Source: Octopus vulgaris (Eukaryota). From it: 64,000 nt of DNA. This document shows positions 51,907 to 64,000 of the stretch, in pieces. The stretch lies in assembly GCA_951406725.2 (NCBI GenBank), contig OX597831.1, positions 32,364,001 to 32,428,000 on the forward strand, read 5' to 3'. Position 1 is the stretch's first letter. Every line of letters begins with the position of its first letter. The position numbers and the translations under genes were made by a program. The notes below the pieces were generated by a model. That model made no database searches. It was not told where the DNA came from and was given only the letters and a program-made list of their open reading frames with translations.

Positions 51907-51966
<60 letters not shown>

Positions 51967-52883
51967 AGAGAGAGAGAGTTAGAGATAAACACACACATAC
52001 ACATAGATATATGTACATATATGTGTGTGTGTGTGTGTGTGTGTGTATCCACTCATACAAACACACACATATACATACTGATACTTATATGGAAGACTAT
52101 GATAAACTGCTCATTCCAGAATATGTATTCCATTGTTTCTTTACATATGATATTTTATAAAAAAATATATTTTACTTCCATACATTTACAAAAAATGTTG
52201 CTCTCTCTCTTTCTCAATCTCTTCCTCTCTCTATATATATATGTGTGTGTGTATGTGTATGTGTGTGTGTGTATGTATATATTACATAATTGAATTGTAT
52301 ATATAATGCATGCAATAACTATAATATATACTGCATATATTATATATAATGTATATAATACACATGTATATCTATGTATGTATGTGTGTATATGTATGTA
52401 ATACATAAATTTAATATATTAGAATTGTTTAAAAAGTTTTCCTTTAAGCAGAAGCTTTTGTGTGTATATAACAGTATAGTAAATATTATACATACATAAG
52501 GTATATCATATGTATAATTCACACAATATATTACACATATAAGAGATATATATATATTATACATGTACACAGATATGTAATATATAATATAGATATAATC
52601 TTTTCTACTCTAGGCACAAGGCTCGAAATTTTGGGGGAGGGGGCCAGTTGATTAGATCGACCTCAGTACGCAACTGGTACTTAATTTATCGACCCCGCAA
52701 AAGGATGAAAGTCGACCTCAACAGATGCATTATGTATCATAACATGTATTTATACATGTGTGTGTGTATTATATATGCAGCATATATATATATAGATATT
52801 ACATAAGTATAATGTGTATATTTAGATCACACACACACACACACACAGATATGTATATATACATATATGTATGCACACATACA

Positions 52884-52914
<31 letters not shown>

Positions 52915-53655
52915 GTATATGTGTGTGTGTGTGTGTGTGTATACATATATATATATATACATACATAATATATATATACATAATCACATGTACTAGATGT
53001 ATATATACATATATTCCATGCATAATGCCAATATATACCCTATATAATGTATACATATTATGTATGCAATGCATATATATCACATACATATATGCGTGTG
53101 TATATATATATATGTGTGTGTGTGTGCATCTATGCATGTAAATCTAGTTAGTGTATACTATATATATATATATATAAACGAAATATGTATGTATGCTTGT
53201 ATGTATACACAGAAATTATATGTACGGAATATATATGCATACTCTACATGATATTTGTGCACTACATAGGTTATATACTTTTGTGTGGAATGTATGCATG
53301 ATATATATATATGTGTGTGTGTGTATGTATGTATGTGTATTTATATATATATTATATGCTATATATGTATATACATACATACACACACACACACACATAC
53401 ATATATATATTTATATATATACTCATAGCTACACAATCAGTCTCTTACACTCTCTCACAGACACACATTCACACACTCACACGCAATATCGCTCCCACCC
53501 CCTTAGACACACCTTTCGGCGAATTAAGACGTTGAGTGAATTTAGTATAGCCATTTTGGAAACTACTTTACACATAATTCATTTCTACTATGCAAAACAC
53601 ACACACACACACAAACACACATGCTCTCTCTCTCTCACACACACACACACACATG

Positions 53656-53696
<41 letters not shown>

Positions 53697-54107
53697 ACAT
53701 GCTCTCTCTCTCTCTTTCTCACACACACAGAGGCATGATAGTGGAGTTGGTAGACTGGGAAATTGGGCGAGAGGAGGAGGATGAGAGATGAAGAGAGGAT
53801 GAGTGCGAGTGAGAGTCAGATAGATAGAGAGAGAAGAGTTCTGAAAATAGAGAAAAAGATATTTGGGGAGAATGAGAGAGAGAGAGAGAAAGTGAAAGTA
53901 GATGTAAAAAGTAAATGGGATTCCTTCTATCTATCTATCTAGTTAGCTAGCTGTCTATCTATCTATCTATCTACTTGTGTGTCTGTCCATAAATCTATAT
54001 ATCTATCTGTTGTTGTCTCTCTTTCTATCGCAGTCTCTCTCTAAGGCTCTTTTATATGCGTGTCTCTATCTTTCTATCTAGCACTCCCTCTCCATCCATC
54101 CATCCAT

Positions 54108-54161
<54 letters not shown>

Positions 54162-54206
54162 GTCTGTGTCTGTCTGTCTACATATGTATGTGTGCGAGTG
54201 TGTATA

Positions 54207-54275
<69 letters not shown>

Positions 54276-54277
<2 letters not shown>

Positions 54278-54474
54278 TACCCACAAGGGCTAAACACAGA
54301 GGGGACAAACAAGGACAGACAAAGGGATTACGTCGACTACATCGACCCCAGTGCGTAACTGGTACTTAATTTATCGACCCGAAGGATGAAAGGCAAAGTA
54401 TCGGCGGAATTTGAATCGGAACGTAACGACAGACGAATTTCGCCCGGCGTGCTAACGTTTCTACCAGCTCGCCG

Positions 54475-54477
<3 letters not shown>
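54276..54477 (-). mobile_element. SINE family A inserted in (TA)n
   Basis: Long-tail variant flanked by (TA)n on both sides. Confidence 0.9.
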
Positions 54478-54561
<84 letters not shown>

Positions 54562-55085
54562 TATATATACATATATATACACACAGACATATCCCCTATA
54601 CTTCTATGGTGTAGTGAGGCATCTGTGCTTCGATGGATGTGTGTGTGTACTTTATTGCCTCTCATTGCGTGTGTACATACGCATCCATGTGTGTGTGTCT
54701 ATATATATATATATACATATATATATATGTATATATGTGTGTGTGTGTGTGTATGTATGTATCTGTACGTATATATACGTGTGTGGCTATTTATACGACA
54801 AACTTGAAAGCAGGTCAACTAAAAAATCAATATGAGCTTCTCACCCCCCACCAGCCCTATCCACTACGCCTCTGACATTACTTTCATTTTTTTTCTTTCC
54901 TTCTATTTCCTTCCAATCACACCCTCCTCCTCCTCCACTTTTTGTTTTATAGATTTTTCATTTCTTTTTTCCTTTTTTTTTTTTTCATATTTCATTCGTC
55001 TGATTTGTTGCTTTCGTTTTCCTCTTTCTGTTTTTTTTTTTCTTTGCTTCTATTTTAAATTTCACTTTCATTATAACACATTTTC

Positions 55086-55135
<50 letters not shown>

Positions 55136-55290
55136 TCTTGATTAGCTGTGTATCTATCTAATTATCTGTGTTTGTCTGTCTGTCTGTTTCTCTCTCTCTC
55201 TCTCTCTCTCTTCATATATGTATGTATATGTGTGTGCGTATATATGTATGTATGTATATTTATATTTGTGTATATATACACATATGTGTG

Positions 55291-55321
<31 letters not shown>

Positions 55322-55354
55322 ATATATGTGTGTGTGTATGTCTATATATATATG

Positions 55355-55387
<33 letters not shown>

Positions 55388-55525
55388 ATGTATATATATA
55401 TATATATGTGTGTATATATATAAATATGTGTATATATGTATATATACACATATTTATATATATACACACATATATATATACATACATATATATATATGTA
55501 TGTATGTGTATACATACATGCATTC

Positions 55526-55566
<41 letters not shown>

Positions 55567-55729
55567 ATAGAAAACTTTAAAATTGTTTGAAGTATAAATG
55601 TCAACACACGAAAAAAAAAATATTTAATTGGGGATCAATCAGGCTGAACTTCATTAAATCCTGCATATGAAACTCGTGGCTATATTTTTTAATAAATCAA
55701 CCGGTTTACAGAAATATGACATGGTTCAG

Positions 55730-56080
55730 TGACATATTGGTTGTGTGGATGAGAAGGTTTCATGTTTTCAGGTTCAGTTCCACTTCACAGCACCCTCTAC
55801 TATAGCACTCAACTGAATGATGTGGTAGATGGAAACTGAAAGAAGCCCGTCATGTGTGTGTGTATATATATGTATATATTTGTGTTTATTCCCTCCTCCC
55901 CCCACCATTGCTTGACAACTGATGTTGGTGTGTTTATGTCTCTATAACTTAGCAGTTCGACAAAAAAGAACAATAGAATAAGTACTAGGCTTACAACGAA
56001 TAAGTCCTGCGGTCGATTTGTTCGACTAAAGTCAGTGCTCCAGCATGGCCGCAGTCAAATGACTGAAACAAATAAAAGAG
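55730..56080 (+). mobile_element. SINE family B
   Basis: ggttcagttccac head; tail gctccagcatggccgcagtcaaatgactgaaac. Confidence 0.8.
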
Positions 56081-56106
56081 TATATCTATATATATCTATA
56101 TATCTA

Positions 56107-56151
<45 letters not shown>

Positions 56152-56302
56152 GTATGTGTATGTATGCATATGTGTAGTTTTGTGTATATGTTATTTTTAC
56201 ATCTTATACTACTTGTATATTCAGTTTAGTTACATAACACTAAATATCCAAATATTACTTTATCAAGAGTTCTTGTAAAAACTTGCCCTGGAAAACATTA
56301 CC

Positions 56303-57047
56303 TAATCCTTTCGTATTTAAACCAGCCATATTCGGCCCAAATATTCTACCTGTTTGATTATCAAATTGGCCAGATCTGGCCTCTCACGCCTACTCTACAA
56401 TGTCATTCTAAAAATAAATAATTACATCGGTGAAACATTGAGGCTTTGAGACAATGCATAATTAATTCAAAATACTGTGAATAGATAAGCCGTTGTTTGG
56501 GTTTTTATTGGTCTGGTCTGTGGTGATACATGGAAAGAGTTTCTTGGGCTCTGTGAAGAAGTCACTGAACAACACCTGTGAACATTTAACAGAAGATTTT
56601 ATTATCACACATAAAGGCAAACTGAGTTGGCCTTTTACAGATAGCAACAACAATAATAATATACTGGGAGAGAAAGAAAAACTACACTGCATTCAAAGAA
56701 GTTACTTATGAGATATTGTGACTGTGTGTGTGGTTAGTTTAGTCTGTCCATGATCCTGGAGATATCTGTGCCAAAAATCTGGAACTGTCTGATGTGGCAA
56801 GAATAGAGGCACATATTTCTCAGACGCCTCAGCATTCTGCAATTAATTACCCCCAAAAGTGGCCTTTTATAGGGCACAAGAAGATTCAAAAAAATTGAAT
56901 CATATGAGGGCTTGATGTTGATTTTTGCTTAATCGACCAATAATGTTAAACGGTTGTGATGTCCGACTGGTTATCCAAGGATTCGTTTCCAAGTCCCTGC
57001 TACGAAGCATTACATTTCACAGAGTAATCTGAATTCTAAGAGGTTAA
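56303..57047 (+). mobile_element. piggyBac-like MITE family 2 split by a 514-bp insertion
   Basis: MITE sequence stops at ...gataagc (56490) and resumes aagcattacatttcacagagtaatctgaattctaagaggTTAA (57005-57047). Confidence 0.85.
56491..57004 (-). mobile_element. Probable solo LTR (4-bp TSD AAGC; CGT...ACG ends)
   Basis: TSD at 56487-56490 and 57005-57008; minus-strand TATAAAA (56865-56871) and AATAAA (56504-56509) in LTR order. Confidence 0.65.
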
Positions 57048-57776
57048 TATATTTTGATAACATGATACACACACACACACACAAACACCTATATTGTATA
57101 TGTGTGTGCATGTGCAGGATCATCTCCAAAAGACAGATGGCAAAGTGGAACAACCTTAGGTTCCAACCCTGAGAAGAGGAACTGGCCATAAAATTCAAAA
57201 GAACTGTGAGATTTTTCTATCAAGGGAAGAACCTGCCTGATAGTCATGGCGTATCATTTATGTCTATGCCCCGGCACACAATCTGTCCCTGATAGATCTC
57301 TCCCCCATAATATTCATCTTCCCAACACCTCATCTTCCTCACTGCATCCCGTCCTCTCCATCTCTCACTCTCCTCCTGCTCTCTCACAGACTTACCTACC
57401 CATTTACCCAACCCATTCCCCAGTGCCGCCTCACTTATACTCACCTCCCTGTAACTTAAGGATGTGCCCCAACACATCCTTCATCTTCTCTCTCCTCTCC
57501 TCTCTCTTTTTTCAACTGGGTCATGTATCTCCTCTACAGCAAGACACTTGTTTTTGTGTCACTGTTATGCTTTGACCTCTTGTCACTTGGCACAAAGCTA
57601 CTACTCCCCTCCTCAGTTGAGAAACCTTGCCTTGCAAGTTGCTTGGTGATCTCACTAGGGTTGGTGCCACATAAAATTGTTGACATGAGGAAGGGCATCC
57701 TGTCATAGAAACCATGTCTGCATGAAAGGTGGATGTTAAGCGATAGTGATGATGATGATGAGGAGGGGGATATATA

Positions 57777-58165
57777 GGCACAGGAGTGGCTGTGTGGTAA
57801 GAAGCTTGCTTCCCAACCACATGGCTCCAGGTTCAGTCCCACTGCATGGCACCTTGGGCAAGTGTCTTCTACTATTGCCTTAGGCTGACTAAAGCCTTGT
57901 CAGTAGATTTGGTAGATGGAAACTGAAAGAAGCCCATAGTATATATGTGTGAGAGTTTTTGCCTGTGTTTGTTCCCCAACTACCACTATCATTGTTTGAC
58001 AACCGATGTTGGTGTGTTTACATCCCCGTAACTTAGTAGTTTTGCAAAAGCGACCGATAGAATAAGTACAAGGCTTCCAAAGAATAAGTCCTGCGGTCAA
58101 TTTGTTCGACTAGAGGTGGTGCTCCAACATGGCCACAGTCAAAATGACTGAAACAAGTAAAGGAA
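57777..58165 (+). mobile_element. SINE family B, full length
   Basis: ggcacaggagtggctgtgtggtaagaagc...ggttcagtccc head; complete body and tail. Confidence 0.92.
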
Positions 58166-58617
58166 TAAAAGAATATATATAGAGAGAGAAATATAAATAG
58201 ATATAGACAGATATGTAGATAGATAGAGTGATATACGTGTGTGTGTATGTATGTGCGTGTGTATGTATGTGCGTGTGTATGTGTGGGTGGGTGTAATATA
58301 AAAACACACACACATACACAAAGGAGGAGGAAAAGAGAGAGAACATCAATATAGCCATCCAGATAATCAGATACAATTTCATACATATGGCAACAGCCAG
58401 AAAACGTAGATTAAACTCTGATAGTGTTGCTGAGCAACAAAATAACTAAGCAATAACCATGTGGAAATTATCTTCCCAAAAAGAAAAGCTCTACTTTGTA
58501 ATCTGTCCCGTCTGTGTACAGCCCTGTGCGGCTAATAAAGAAACATATTTCCTCGTCGTTGTCCTCTCTGCATCTGTGAAACTACAATCAATAGAAATGC
58601 GTTTCTAATGTGTTTCA

Positions 58618-58848
58618 TTAACCCTTTTCGTTACCATATTTCTGTTCAGATGCTCTGTGTTTCTTTCAATTAATTTTAGATATAACAAAGGATTTAGTAA
58701 AATAACTTAGTTATCATTAAGCTGATGTTAGGAACATAAATTGTGACTAAGGTTTGATGGAAGATTTTAATTCAAAGCTTATGAAAACAAGACATCTGTA
58801 CTACAGAACCAGAGGCGGTGTCTACCGAGTTGATATCGAAAGGGTTAA
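58618..58848. mobile_element. piggyBac-like MITE family 1, copy 2
   Basis: TTAA-CCCTTTTCGTTACC ... CGAAAGGG-TTAA. Confidence 0.88.
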
Positions 58849-58991
58849 AGATATAATTATACTGGTGACAATGATTTAACTATAACACGGAGTCAATAGA
58901 GATAACTTCTGAATGGCTAATTGACCTGGTAGCAATAACAACCAAAGTCCCCTCACACATCACACCCATACAGATATGCCTGTAAAGAACT

Positions 58992-59320
58992 GGGACTCTG
59001 TTGGTTATGATATTCAGGGTTCCAGTTGATCTGATAAATGGAACAACCTGCTCCTGGAATTAATGTTCAAGTGGCTGAGTACTCCACAGACATGCATATT
59101 CTTAATGTTGTTTTCAGGGAAATTCAGTGTGACATAGAACGAGACAAGGTTGGTCTTTTTAAATAGCAGGTACAACACATTTTTGCCAGCTGAATCGACT
59201 GGAGTACTGTGAAATATAAAGTGTCTTGCTCAAGGACTCAACACCCCGCCCCCGGTAATTGAACTCTTGACCTCACAATTGCAAACCAAATACCCCAGCC
59301 ACTAAACCATGTGTCTTCTA
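58992..59320 (-). mobile_element. SINE family E
   Basis: Matches 13911-14290. Confidence 0.75.
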
Positions 59321-59891
59321 TGAATATATGAGTGTCTATGAGAGAGAAGGAACATGGCATGGCTTCGTGGTTAGGATGTAGGACTGATGATCATGAGGAT
59401 GTGTGTTCAACTCCTAGACCAGGTTGTACATGGCACCCTTGGACAAAACACTTCATTTTACATTGCTTTAGTCTACTCACCTGCAAATCACTATACCTCT
59501 CTCTTTCTCTTCCTCTCTCTCTCTCTTCCTCTCTTTCTCTCTCTGTCTCTCCCTTCCCCCTCTCTTTCTCTGTCTGTTTCTGTTTGTCTATCTGTCTGTC
59601 TGCCTCTCTCTCTCTCTCTCTCTCTTATTATCACACCATGGATGTTCCACTGAGTCCAGCTGTTGTAGGATCAAGAAGGACAATGGCTATATCTTTTCAC
59701 AACTACATAGGTACCAGAAAACTGTTCACAAAAACATGGAGCATGCTCAGAGATTACAGCTTTACAAATTGGATCCTCTCTTTATAAGACTCAAGTTATA
59801 CACAATATCAGAATATCACGGTAAATTATCATTAATCGAAAAAGAGAATGATTTAAACCCTTTAGCATTTAGACAAGCCATATCCCTGAAT

Positions 59892-60220
59892 GCGCATGGC
59901 TCAGTGGTTAGAGTGTCGAGCTTATGATCGTGAGGTTGTGAGCTCAAATCCCAGACTAGGCTGTGTGTTATGTTCTTGAGCAAGACACTTTATTTCACAT
60001 TGCTCCAGTTCACTCAGCTGTAGAAATAAGTCACGACGTCACTGGTGCCAAGCTGTATCAGCCTTTGCCTTTCCCTTGGATAACACTGGTGGCACGGAGA
60101 GGGGAGGCCGGTATGCATGGGCAACTGCTGGTCTTCCATAAACAACCTTGCCTGGACTTGTGCCTGGGAGGGTAACCTTCTAGGTGCAATCCCATGGTCA
60201 GTCATGACCAAAGAGGGTCT
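59892..60220 (+). mobile_element. tRNA-headed SINE family C, full length, nested in a family-2 MITE (59853-60560)
   Basis: A box TGGCTCAGTGG and B-box-like GAGCTCAAATCC; MITE halves on both sides; an A-family SINE at 60243-60420 is also nested. Confidence 0.88.
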
Positions 60221-60855
60221 CAGAGGCTCCCTGTCAGATATTGATTTCAAATTGTGGCACAGGGCCAGCAGTTTTGGAGGAAGGGATTAGTCGATTACAT
60301 TGACCCCAGGATCCAACTTATTTTATTGACCCTTGAAAGGATTAAAGGCCAAGTCAACCTTGACAGAATTTGAATTTCAACTCAGACAAACTGTCACAAA
60401 GCAAGTGATTCTGCCAGCTGACTGTCTTATCTGCTTCAAATATTCTACCAGTTTTGAGTTCAAATTGGCCAGATCCAGCCTCTCACACCAACACTATAAA
60501 GTCATTCTGAAAATGAGCAATCACATAATTGATATCTCCAAGCTACAAGATAGTACATGTATAGCAGTTGGTTTGACCCCGTGTTTTGCCACATAGTAAG
60601 CACAGATTGATCATGTGTGCAAGCCCTATTTCTGTCCAATCAATGGCTTTTGCTTCACATGATAGTCTGACAATATGACTAGAACTTTCTGTGAATAGAA
60701 CCTACAAATGTCGCTCATTTGAACTCCAAAGTTTCAGAGTGATGTGTTCCTCAGTAGATGTCACTCTCACCACACAGCTGTCTTCACAGCTACATATTCA
60801 GCCTGGTGCAATAGATGAGGAAACACACAGTAGTAACACAGTAACAAGAATATAT

Positions 60856-61071
60856 ATTCTTTCCTACTCTAGGCACAAGGCCCGAAATTTGGTGGGGAGG
60901 GGGCCAGTTAATTAGATAAACCCAGTAACTGGTACTTAATTTATCAACTCCAAAAGGATGAAAGGCAAAGTCGACCTCGGCAGAATTTGAACTCAGAACA
61001 TAAAGACATGAAATACCGCTAAGCTTTTTGCCTGGCCTGCTAACTTTTCTGCCAGCTCGCTGCTTTTACTT

Positions 61072-61115
<44 letters not shown>

Positions 61116-61341
61116 ATATATATATATCCTTTTCTACTCTAGGCACAAGGCCTGAAATTTTTGAGGAGGGGGCCAGTCGTTTAGATTGATCCCAGTATGC
61201 AACTGGTACTTAATTCATCGACCCCAAAAGGATGAAAGGCAAAGTCTACCTCGGCTGAATTTGAACTCAGAACGTAAAGACAGACAAAATACTACTACGC
61301 ATTTCGCCCGGTGTGCTAACGTTTCTGCCAGCTTGCTGCCT
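60856..61341 (-). mobile_element. Two tandem SINE family A copies (60856-61065, 61127-61341) separated by (TA)n
   Basis: Both have the short tail, core and head. Confidence 0.9.
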
Positions 61342-61726
61342 TAACGACAAGAAAATATATTGATGTGTAACAATTAGCCCAAATATTGAATTTCTGACAA
61401 GGATTTCCTGAACAATCTATGTCATTTCATCTAAATATTCTTCTTCATCTATTGCATGGACTCATTTTGTATTAAAGCGATGATAAATATGTTCATATTC
61501 ATAAAGCAGCCTTCTTCTGGATGATGCTACTCATGAATAATTCAAAGCATTGTGAAGAGATAAACACTGCACTTGATATAATAATCTGAATGTTAAAGGA
61601 TTAATGCCAAGAGATAAGAGAAATCTTATAAATGTTGTCACTTGATACAAGTTTCAAATAATTTTTATTAATAAAAAAAGAAAAATGTGCAGAGTTGTAT
61701 CCGTTGATATATAAAATTGTGTGAAC

Positions 61727-62135
61727 AGCCATGGCTGTGTGATAAGAAGCTTGCTTCCCAACCATATGGTTCTAGGTTCAGTCCCACTGCTGGGAACCTT
61801 GAGCAAGTGTTTTCTACTATAGACTTGTTCCAAGCAAAGCCTTGTGAGTGGGTTTGGTAGATGGAAACTGCAAAGAAGCATGTTGTGTGTGTTTGTGTGT
61901 GTGTGTTTGTATTTGTGTGTGTTTCTTTGTGTCTGTGTTTGTCCCCCACTACCTCTTGAAAACTGGTGCTGGTGTCTTTAGATACCCGTAACTTAGCATT
62001 TCAGCAAAAGAGACTGATAGAATAAGTAGCAGACTTTAAAAAATGTCCTGGGGTTGATTCATTTGTCTAAAAATTATTCAAAGCTGTACCCCAGCATGGC
62101 CACGGCACAATGACTGAAACAAGTAAAAGATAAAA
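61727..62135 (+). mobile_element. SINE family B
   Basis: Full head, body and tail. Confidence 0.85.
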
Positions 62136-62259
62136 GATTGTTATGTTTGTTGGTGCATAACATTATGCAAACGCTTGTCTGTGTACGTGCATTGCCTGCG
62201 TTATACATGCATAGATGCAAACACCAATATATGTTGTATTTATATGTGCATATGCATGT

Positions 62260-62600
62260 GAAGGCACATGGCTTAGTGGTTAGAGCAGTGGACTAGCAGT
62301 CAAGAAGCTCACTTTGCAATCATGAGGTTTCAGGTTCAGTTCCTTGGGGAAGGGTCTTCTACTATAGGCCCGCACTGACCAAATTTCCTGTCATGTGTGT
62401 GTGTGTGTGTGTGTGTGTCTGCGTGTGTGTGTATGTGTGTGTTTGCCTCACCCTCCACTCCACTGCTTCTCAACAGGTATTGGTTTGTTTATGTTCCTAG
62501 TAATTAAAAAATAATTACTGTGAGTCAATTCATTTGACTACAATCCTTCAAGACGGTGTCCCAGCATGGCCACAGTCAAATGACTAAAACAAGTAAAAGA
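62260..62600 (+). mobile_element. Chimeric SINE: C/E-like head joined to a family B body
   Basis: gaaggcacatggcttagtggttagagcagtggact head; B tail ccagcatggccacagtcaaatgact. Confidence 0.6.
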
Positions 62601-62966
62601 ATTAAAGAGAAGACAAATATGATAAATAAAACAAAATAAAAAATAGTTTATTCTATAAATGTATTTTTTTCTATTTTCTAACTTCAAAACCTAGTTTTAT
62701 AAAATACGCCCAGTAAATCTTTTAAAAATCTTATCTAATAATCTCTTCACTTCCAGTGATTATTCATTTAGTTTCCAGTATGTTATGAAAAGAAAACTTG
62801 CAATCTTTCGGTTTATGATTACAAAGTGAAAGTGAAAATATTGACAGTTCTGGGTACAGTCCTACCATGTGGCAACTTGGGGAAAGTGTCTTCTACAAGA
62901 GTCTCATGCTGACCCAAATCTTGTGAGTAGATTTGGTAGAGAGCAGCTGAAAGAAACATGTCATAT

Positions 62967-63151
62967 ACTCTTTTACTCTTTTACTTGTTTCAGTCATGTG
63001 ACTGTGGCCATGCTGGAGCAAATCAACCCCGGGACTTATTCTTTGTAAGCCTAGTACTTATTCTATCGGTCTCTTTTGCTGAACCGCTAAGTTACGGGGG
63101 CGTAAACACACAAGCATCGGTTGTCAAGCGATGTTGAGGGGACAAACACAG

Positions 63152-63198
<47 letters not shown>

Positions 63199-63612
63199 AT
63201 CCAAACATGAAAACACAAAGAGAAAACACAACAATGCGAGGATGTGGAACAAATATAGTATTATTGGACGCTCAGGAAAGAAGGAAAGAAGGAGGGTCTA
63301 ACGTTTCGAGCGGAGCTCTTCGTTGGAAACATAGGAGAAGGAAAGATCCAGAGAAGGGAAGACAGGAAAAAAAATCGCCAATGGTACACACGCAATACAT
63401 ATATATATACATATATACATAAATATATATATATATATGTATATATATAATGGACGACGGACTTCTTTCAGTTTCCATCTACCAAATCCACTCACAAGGC
63501 TTCAGTTGGCCCGAGGCTATAGTAGAAGAGACTTGCCCAAGGTGCCACGCAGTGGGACTGAACTCAGAACCATGTGGTTCATAAGCAAGCTACTTACCAC
63601 ACAGCCACTCCT
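62967..63612 (-). mobile_element. SINE family B interrupted in its (TA)n tract by a ~200-bp insertion
   Basis: B tail 62967-63155 and B head 63450-63612 flank foreign sequence. Confidence 0.88.
63195..63395 (-). mobile_element. Penelope-like terminal fragment with degenerate minimal hammerhead (63296-63330)
   Basis: Minus strand GUUU-CCAACGA-A-GAGC-ucc-GCUC-GAAACGUU^AGAC; inserted in (TA)n. Confidence 0.5.
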
Positions 63613-63662
63613 ATGCCTATAAATATATATGTGTGTGTGAGTGTGTGTGTGTGTGTGTGTGT

Positions 63663-64000
63663 CATCATTATCGTCATCATTTAACATCTGCTTTACATGA
63701 TGGCATGGTTTGGATGATTTGACAGGTGCTGCCTAGGCAGGAGTCTGCACTGTGCTTTGCTGTTTGTTCTGGCATGGTTTTTACAGCTGGATGCCCTTCC
63801 TAACACCAACCACCCTGCAGAGTGGACTGAGTGTTTTTTACAAGGCACCAGTACGGGTGAGGTCAGTTTTGGTATGGTTTTTCTTATAGATGGGTGCCTT
63901 ATTTACATATATATGTAGATCATCATAATCATCATCATCGTTTTTGTCCATTTTGCATGCTGGCATGGGTTGGATGGTTCGACTGGGGTCTGGGAAGCCA
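63663..64000 (-). mobile_element. Two family D 3' ends (second runs off the window edge)
   Basis: (CAT)n followed by catg.tggcatgg.ttggatg twice. Confidence 0.8.

Noticed and set aside
59892-59965. tRNA gene calls for SINE heads (also 57777, 14220-14290, 38770-38842)
   Set aside because: A/B boxes are present but no convincing cloverleaf, and each continues into a repeated body.

Overview
Eukaryotic, AT-rich, almost entirely non-coding DNA. The repeat families look like those of a coleoid cephalopod, probably Octopus; this is recognition by eye, not a database result. Nearly all listed ORFs are translations of microsatellites or SINEs. The window holds dozens of tRNA-headed and (GAT)n-tailed SINE-like elements, several MITE families (TTAA piggyBac-like, TA Tc1/mariner-like, an 8-bp-TSD family carrying TTAGGG motifs, hAT-like), Helitron-like elements, a fossil mariner transposase, CR1-like LINE ORF2 fragments, a probable solo LTR with CG..CG ends, and many micro- and minisatellites. 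No complete host gene is visible. There are weak plus-strand exon candidates (35041-35208; donors at 599/600 and 49392/49393), so this may be intronic or regulatory DNA of a large gene. The most interesting item is at 38599-38930: a Pol III/tRNA-like head fused to a minimal type-I hammerhead ribozyme fold of the Penelope-like kind, arranged head-to-head around a perfect 50-bp palindrome. A second, unrelated hammerhead-like element lies at 63296-63330. Family labels A-E are my own. Boundaries of old repeats are approximate.
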